From an uncultured Gemmatimonadales bacterium (GTDB lineage: Bacteria; Gemmatimonadota; Gemmatimonadetes; Gemmatimonadales; Gemmatimonadaceae), in assembly GCA_963701965.1 (NCBI GenBank), contig OY969695.1:3392001-3456000 (forward strand): a stretch of DNA of 64,000 bases. The letters are read 5' to 3'. A program made the position numbers and the translations under genes. The notes beneath the pieces were generated by a model. The model searched no databases, was not told the origin of the DNA, and saw nothing but the letters and a program-made list of their open reading frames with translations. Shown here in pieces: positions 57,680-64,000 of this stretch. Position 1 is the stretch's first letter. Every line of letters begins with the position of its first letter.

Positions 57680-58638
57680 GTACCCCGTTGGTCCCGCTGC
57701 GCTCGGCGCGGCGCACGGTCTCGCTGACCATCGACGGCGAAGCCATCACCGTGCCCGAGGGCACGACGATCTTGGACGCGTGCCTGTCGCGCGGCCAATC
57801 CCTGCCCACGCTCTGCTACCTGGAGACGCTGCACCCGGTGAACGCCTGCCGCGTGTGCGTGGTCGAGGTCGAGAACTCGCGCGTGCTGGTGCCGGCATGC
57901 TCGCGCAAGGTCGAGGCGAACATGGTCGTGCGCACCAACACGGACCGGGTGAAGCACAGCCGCAAGATGGTGCTGGAGTTCCTGGCGTCGTCCGTGGACT
58001 TGTCGACGACGCCGGACGTCGCGGGCTGGCTCGACGAGTACGACTGTCACCCCGAGCGCTACGGGCCGCCGGCTCCGCCGACCCACACGCGCGACGAGGC
58101 GCACGCGGGACACCACGAGCCACCGGACCCCGCGTACGCGGCCACCGTGCGCCAGCCCGCCAAGATCGACAACGAGCTCTACGTCCGCGACTACTCGAAG
58201 TGCATCCTCTGCTACAAGTGCGTCGAGGCGTGCGGCGTCGACTACCAGAACACGTTCGCGATCGCCGTCGCCGGCCGCGGGTTCGATGCCCGCATTTCCA
58301 CGGAAGGCGCCGTCCCGCTCCCGCAATCAGCCTGCGTCTACTGCGGGAACTGCATCGCGGTCTGCCCGACCGGCGCTCTGATGTTCACCTCGGAGCACGA
58401 CAAACGGGCCGACGGCACCTGGGACGAGAGCCGTCAGGCGCAGACGGACACGATCTGCCCCTACTGCGGCGTCGGATGCACGCTCACGCTGCACGTACAG
58501 GACAACGAGATCGTGAAGGTGACGTCGCCGTTCGACGTCTCCATCACGCGAGGCAATCTCTGCATCAAGGGCCGGTTCGGCTGGAAGTACGTCCAGAGCC
58601 GGAACGGCAACGGCCGGGGGAAGCGTAACGGGGGCTAA
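57676..58638 (+). CDS. NuoG/FdhA N-terminal-like Fe-S subunit
   Basis: PTLC..CRVC..PAC, CILCYKC, CVYCGNC..CP, then TICPYCGVGC..LCIKG. Confidence 0.9.
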   Translation: MSTPLVPLRSARRTVSLTIDGEAITVPEGTTILDACLSRGQSLPTLCYLETLHPVNACRVCVVEVENSRVLVPACSRKVEANMVVRTNTDRVKHSRKMVLEFLASSVDLSTTPDVAGWLDEYDCHPERYGPPAPPTHTRDEAHAGHHEPPDPAYAATVRQPAKIDNELYVRDYSKCILCYKCVEACGVDYQNTFAIAVAGRGFDARISTEGAVPLPQSACVYCGNCIAVCPTGALMFTSEHDKRADGTWDESRQAQTDTICPYCGVGCTLTLHVQDNEIVKVTSPFDVSITRGNLCIKGRFGWKYVQSRNGNGRGKRNGG

Positions 58639-61593
58639 ACGCCGTCGCTCAGGATTCGGTCGAGCGCGTCGACCAGCTGATCGGCGTTGGCCTCGTCGAA
58701 CGGCATGGGTGGCCGGATCTTGATGACGTTGTGATACGGCCCGTCGGTCCCCAAGAGGATGCCGTCCTCGCGCATCTGATTGACGACCCGTGAGGCCTCG
58801 GCCGTCGCCGGCTCCAGCGTCGCCCGGTCGCGCACGAGTTCCATGCCGAGAAAGAGGCCGGAGCCGCGCACGTCGCCGACGAGCGGGTGCCGGTCGACGA
58901 ACGGGCGCAACCCGGCCAGCAATCGCTCCCCGACGCGATGCGCGTGCTTCCGCAGGCGTTCGTCGCGCATGACGTCGAGCACCGCCAGGCCGACGGCGCA
59001 CGACACCGTGTTGCCGCCGAACGTCGAGAAGAACTCCATCCCGTTGTCGAAGGCGTCGGCGATCGCGCGCGTGGTGACGACGGCGGCCAGCGGGTGGCCG
59101 TTGCCGAGCGGCTTGCCCATGACCACGATGTCGGGCACGACGTCGTGCGCTTGAAAGGCCCAGTCGTGGGTGCCGATGCGGCCGAGTCCCGTCTGGACTT
59201 CATCGGCGATACAGACGCCGCCCGCGGCGCGGACTTGGGAGTAGACGTCGGCCAGGTAACCACGCGGCAGCAGGAGCTGTCCGCCGACGCTCGGACACGT
59301 TTCGGCGATGAAGGCGGCGATCGCGCCGTGCGCGGCGATGATGTCGGCGACGTGGCGCGCGTATTTTGCGCCGCGATCGGGATCATCGCGCCGATAGGGT
59401 CCCCGGAAGTCATCGGGCAACGGCGCCACGTGCACCCACTCCGGTGTTCCGGTGCCGCCCGGTCCCGCGTGCTTGTACGGGCTCACGTCGATCAGCGTCG
59501 TCGTGTTGCCGTGATACGCGGCGCCCAGGACGATCATGTCGCGCCGCGCGGTGTAGGTCCGCGCCAGGCGCAACGCCAGCTCGTTCGCCTCGCTGGCCGA
59601 GTTGAGCACGTAGCACACGCCCAGCGGCGCCGGCAGCGTCGCCACCAACCGCTCGGCGTACGCCGTGAGCCCATCGTTCAGGTAGCGCGTGTTCGTGTTC
59701 AGCACGCCCATCTGGGCTTGCGCCGCCGCGACGACGCGCGGGTGGCAGTGGCCGACGTGGGGCACGTTGTTGTAGGCGTCGAGGTACCGGCGGCCCTCGT
59801 CGTCGTACAGGTACTGGCGCCACCCGCGCACGATCCGGAGCGGATCGTCATAGGCGATGCTGAGATTGTGCCCCAGAAGCCGGCGTCGCGCGGCCAGGCT
59901 CTCCGCTTTGTCGGGCTCGCGCTCGACCGACACGCCGGCCAGACGGCCTGGATCGGGCGAGAGCTGCCGCCAGACGTCGCGTTGCGCCGCGGTGCCGACG
60001 CCGGGGAAATCGCGGCCCATGCCGAGCAGGTCGATGATGATCTGCAAGTGGAGGTGCGGAGTCCAGCCGCTATTGACCGTCGGGTCGCCCAGCCACCCGA
60101 CGCGTTGCCCGGCCCTGATGACGGTCCCCGGCTCGAGTCCCTGCAGCGACTCCCGGCTCGAGATGCCCGTACAGGGTGAAGAACTCCTCACCGTCGTCTG
60201 TGCAATGTCTCAGAACGACAACGGGACCATAGTCCAGTGGCGCCGCATTGTCGGCGACGATGTGCACGACGCCGCGGAGCGGCGCGTGCACCGGCGTGCC
60301 GGCCGGGGCGAAGATGTCGAGTCCCAGGTGAATCGTCCGGCCAGCGAACGAGGGCTCTGAATAGAGCAGCCTCGCCTCGTCCCATCGGCCGATGCCGACG
60401 CGCGCGTCTGCGGCGCGCAGCGCCGCATCGATTCGAGCCGTTACCGCGGACTCGGCATTGTCCGCGGGGTCAGAGCTCACGAGCGGGCTGCCGACGCTGA
60501 GATCGAGAATAGTGTGAGACGAGACATCGAGTATCGGGGCGAACTCTTGCTGGCGGAGCCATTCGACGACCAGCGCCGACGCCGGCACCGGCGCGAAACC
60601 GGCGGCCTGCCGAAACACCGCGGTGGCCAACCCAAACGGCACACGGGCCAGCGCCGGGAGCGTGCGGCCAATGGCCGCCTGGCTCACGCCCAGATACGCG
60701 TTGTCCGGCCGCTGCCGTTGCTGCGCCGCCGCGACGCACGCGCTGGTGCACAGCCGGAGCGCCAGAAGGCCGAATAGCGCGGCGCATTCCGTCTCGGTGA
60801 TCGCCCATCGCGCCGCATAGCCGCGCACCACGTGCGCCGCGGCGGTGAGCGGATCGTCGGCGTCGAGCACGGCGTACGCGGCGCCGATCGCCAGGTCGCC
60901 GACGGTGAAGCTGTGCACCATGTCGCCAAAGTCGACGATCCCGGCGACCGCTCCCCGATCGACCAGCACGTTATAGTCGTTCAGGTCTCCATGGATCACA
61001 CTGCGCCGGAGCGCCGGGAGCAGCGGCGCGGTGTAGCGATCGAACTCCGCGATGAGCGTGTCGACCGCCGTGCCCGGCAATGTCAGCAAAGACCGGTATT
61101 CGTCGACCAGCTGCCGACCCCGCGCCAGATCCCAGTAGAAGTCCCGATGCAGCGCGGGATGGTCGAACCCAACCAATGCCCGCGTGATGCCGCCGATCTC
61201 GCTGCCGAGCGCCGTGAGCAACGCCGGCGGCCGCCGCCGCGTGCGGCCCAGCGGGACCCCGGGCCAATGCGTGACCGCCCACACCCAGTGGCGCCGCCCA
61301 TCGGCCCCCACCGTCTCGGCCAACGGCGTGCCGTCCCGCGTCGCGACGACGCGCGGCGCGATCGCCGTGGTCGTCGCCAGGTGCGTCATGGCCCGGCATT
61401 GCGCGTCCAACATCCCGGGCTCCTCGAGCGCGTTCGCGATCTTGAGCACGAGCCGTTCGCCGCCGCTCGTCTCCAGCAGGAAGTTCTGATCCCGCTCGCT
61501 GGTCAAGGGCCGCGCGGTCGCGTCCACGCCATACAGGTCGTGGGCCAGGCGCGCCGCGTCCGTGGCATTCAATCGGGGAGCATGATCGAGCAT
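58635..61593 (-). CDS. Fused aminoglycoside-phosphotransferase-like kinase / M23-like domain / class III aminotransferase; +1 frameshift near 60160
   Basis: SERDQN, IHGDLNDYN, IVDFGD; HLGLD, LYGHL, PHLHLQ; NNVPHVGH, ADEVQTG, MGKP. The two ORFs join if one base is removed. Confidence 0.85.
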
Positions 61594-61620
61594 CGGCCCG
61601 AAATATGGCTAGTTTCCGGC

Positions 61621-62736
61621 GTGACGATCTATCTCAACGCCGCCGGCACCGGCCCGCTGCCGCGGCGGACGGTGGACGCATTGGCCGCGTTCAACGCCAA
61701 GCGCGCCGCGCCGTGGACGATCACGCTCGACGAGCAGTTTGGGACATTGGCCACCGCGCGGAGCCTGTGCGCGCGGCTCATCGGGGCCAGTGCCGACGAA
61801 ATCGCCCTCGTGCCGAACACGAGCACGGCGCTGCACATCGCCGCGTCGATCCTGCCACTGGCGCCGGGCCGCGTCATTCTGTCGCACGAGGCCGAGTTCC
61901 CGGCGAACATCTATCCGTGGCACGCGCGGGCCCACCGCGATCGGCGACCCTATGAGGTCGTGCCCCTCGGGCCAGACGGGTTGCCCGATCACGATGCGCT
62001 GGTGGGGCGCATCGCCACGGGGGACGTCGGCCTCGTCGCCATCTCGTGGGTCTCGTATCTCTCGGGCGACCGCGCCGACCTCGCCGCGATCGGCGCCGCG
62101 TGTCGCGCCGCCGGCGCGTGGTTCGTGGTCGACGCCATCCAGGGCGTCGGGGCTGTGCCCATCGACGTCTCGTCGCTCCCTATCGACGTCCTGGCATGCG
62201 GCGCCCAGAAATGGCTGCGCGCACCCTGGGGCACCGGTTTTTGTTACGTGCGCCGCGCGCTGGTGACCCGCCTCGATCCCGAGACCGGCGGGTGGCTCTC
62301 GGTGCAGGGGTCGCACGATCTGGGAAGCATCGGTGCCCCGCGTTTCGCGTATCTCGACGACGCCCGGCGTTTCGAGGTCGCGACCCTCGCCTACCAGGAC
62401 TTCATCGGTCTCAACTGCAGCCTCGATTGCCTGTTCGAGGCCGGCATCGATCACGTCACCGGGACGATCGCGACCCTGGCGACCCGCCTGGCCGACGGGA
62501 TCGCGGCGAACCCCGCGATCCGGTTACTGACGCCCGCGCGTCGGGCCGGCGTGATCACGGCAATGGTGGCCGATCCGACGACGAGCGACCGCTTGCGCGC
62601 GGCGGGCATCTTTGCCACGGCCCGCGAGCTCACGGTCGGCCCGCGCCGGGGACTGATCCTCCGGTTCTCGCCGCACGTTTACAATACCGTCGACGAGATC
62701 GACAAAGTCTTGACCGTTCTCGACGGCCATCGATAG
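61621..62736 (+). CDS. Class V PLP aminotransferase (cysteine desulfurase/selenocysteine lyase-like)
   Basis: YLNAAGTGP, VVDAIQGVG, GAQKWL, RFSPHVYN. Confidence 0.88.
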   Translation: MTIYLNAAGTGPLPRRTVDALAAFNAKRAAPWTITLDEQFGTLATARSLCARLIGASADEIALVPNTSTALHIAASILPLAPGRVILSHEAEFPANIYPWHARAHRDRRPYEVVPLGPDGLPDHDALVGRIATGDVGLVAISWVSYLSGDRADLAAIGAACRAAGAWFVVDAIQGVGAVPIDVSSLPIDVLACGAQKWLRAPWGTGFCYVRRALVTRLDPETGGWLSVQGSHDLGSIGAPRFAYLDDARRFEVATLAYQDFIGLNCSLDCLFEAGIDHVTGTIATLATRLADGIAANPAIRLLTPARRAGVITAMVADPTTSDRLRAAGIFATARELTVGPRRGLILRFSPHVYNTVDEIDKVLTVLDGHR

Positions 62737-62782
62737 CCGATAGGGGTTGTCGGAATTATTTTGAAGCCGTATCTTCGGCGCC

Positions 62783-64000
62783 ATGAAATGCCGAGTAATT
62801 CTATCCCTTTTGGCGCTGCCCTTCGGCTGCCTCCTCGCGCAGGCCGATACCACCGCGCACCAGCTCCCCACGACGCACATCAGGGCCCCCCGTTCGCAGC
62901 CACTCGTCCGGCTCGGCGACGATAGCACCGGGCACCTGTATACGGGCGGCACCACCACGCTCATCCACGTCGACAGCATGCCGGCGAACAACGCGAACTC
63001 CGTGTATCGCCAAGTCCTCGGCAAGGTCCCGGGCTCCAACATCTCCGAGACCCGTGGCGGAGGGTTCCCGTCCGACGGCATTGGCTTCCGCGGCCTCGAG
63101 CCGCGCCAATCGGTCGAGGTGAACATGCGCCAGAACGGGGTGAGCCTCGCCGGTGATCTCTATGGATATCCCGAGACCTACTATAGTCCCGCCTTCGAGG
63201 GCGTCGACCATATCGAGGTCGTCCGCGGCGCGTCGGGGATCGAGTACGGCCCGCAGTTCGGCGGCATGATCAACTTCGTCATGAAGGACGGGACGCCCGA
63301 TACCCCACTGCAACTGACCCTGCGCCAGACCGGCGGCAGCTTCGGCGAATACAACGGCTTCGGATCGCTGGGCGGCGGGGCCGGCAAGTTCACGTACTAC
63401 GGCTACCTGCGCTACCAAGGCGCCGCCGGCTGGCGGCCGAACTCGAACTACGAGGAAGGCGACGGCTACGGCTCCATCACCTATCACGCCAACGCGAACC
63501 TCTCCACGTCGCTCCAGTTCACCGGCTACGGGAACCACATCCACATGCCCGGTGGCCTCGACGACGCGCAGTTCTCCGCCAACCCCGGCGCGTCGTTTCG
63601 CGCCCGCAACTGGATCGCCTCTCCCTGGGCCATCCTCCAGGACAACACGATCTGGCACGTCGCGCCGGGCGTCACGTGGACGACCATCGTGTCCGGCACG
63701 TCGAGCCAGCGCTATCTCGTCTGGCGCAACGAGGACGGCGGTCCGCAAGCGATCGACAGCATCGATCCGGCGACCGGTGAATTCGAGCCGCGGGAAGTCG
63801 AGCGCGAGCAGTTCCGGAACGGCATCGTCGACACCCGTGTGGGGGTGAAGCACTCGCTGTTCGGTCTGCCGGCCGAGCTGGCGACTGGCATCCGCTATTT
63901 CAACGGCATCATGCACCGCCAAGAGGATGGCACCGGCACAACGGGATCGAACTTCACGATGCATCTCGTCGAGCCGTACACCACGGACATGCACTTCGGG
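62783..64000 (+). CDS. FecA-like TonB-dependent receptor, 3'-truncated by window edge
   Basis: Absent from the ORF track (no stop). MKCRVILSLL..GIGFRGLEPRQS..YGYPETYYSP..IEVVRGASGIEYGPQFGGMINF. Confidence 0.88.
   Translation, partial: MKCRVILSLLALPFGCLLAQADTTAHQLPTTHIRAPRSQPLVRLGDDSTGHLYTGGTTTLIHVDSMPANNANSVYRQVLGKVPGSNISETRGGGFPSDGIGFRGLEPRQSVEVNMRQNGVSLAGDLYGYPETYYSPAFEGVDHIEVVRGASGIEYGPQFGGMINFVMKDGTPDTPLQLTLRQTGGSFGEYNGFGSLGGGAGKFTYYGYLRYQGAAGWRPNSNYEEGDGYGSITYHANANLSTSLQFTGYGNHIHMPGGLDDAQFSANPGASFRARNWIASPWAILQDNTIWHVAPGVTWTTIVSGTSSQRYLVWRNEDGGPQAIDSIDPATGEFEPREVEREQFRNGIVDTRVGVKHSLFGLPAELATGIRYFNGIMHRQEDGTGTTGSNFTMHLVEPYTTDMHFG

Overview
GC-rich bacterial chromosomal window with about 55 densely packed genes. 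Gene content (orphan ADOP-type permease, DUF2723 protein, M14 peptidase, several TonB-dependent receptors) suggests Gemmatimonadota or a related soil lineage; this is an inference. It holds many secreted hydrolases, a DUF4331/TPR/HupE/DUF6702 operon, LytS/LytTR and NtrB/NtrC-type two-component systems, a candidate type II toxin-antitoxin pair, and a selenocysteine (UGA + SECIS) formate-dehydrogenase-type operon with a split catalytic subunit. No rRNA, tRNA, CRISPR array or transposase was seen. The most unusual signal is a family of small two-hairpin elements with a conserved GTCGGTTGRAC linker and covarying stems at five loci: a 62-bp tandem array, two 63-bp in-frame insertions inside protein genes, and two 82-bp copies that begin at a gene's TAG stop codon. 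Four separate genes also carry a +1 frameshift in the same CAGATG context. Functional calls come from recognising motifs by eye, not from database searches.
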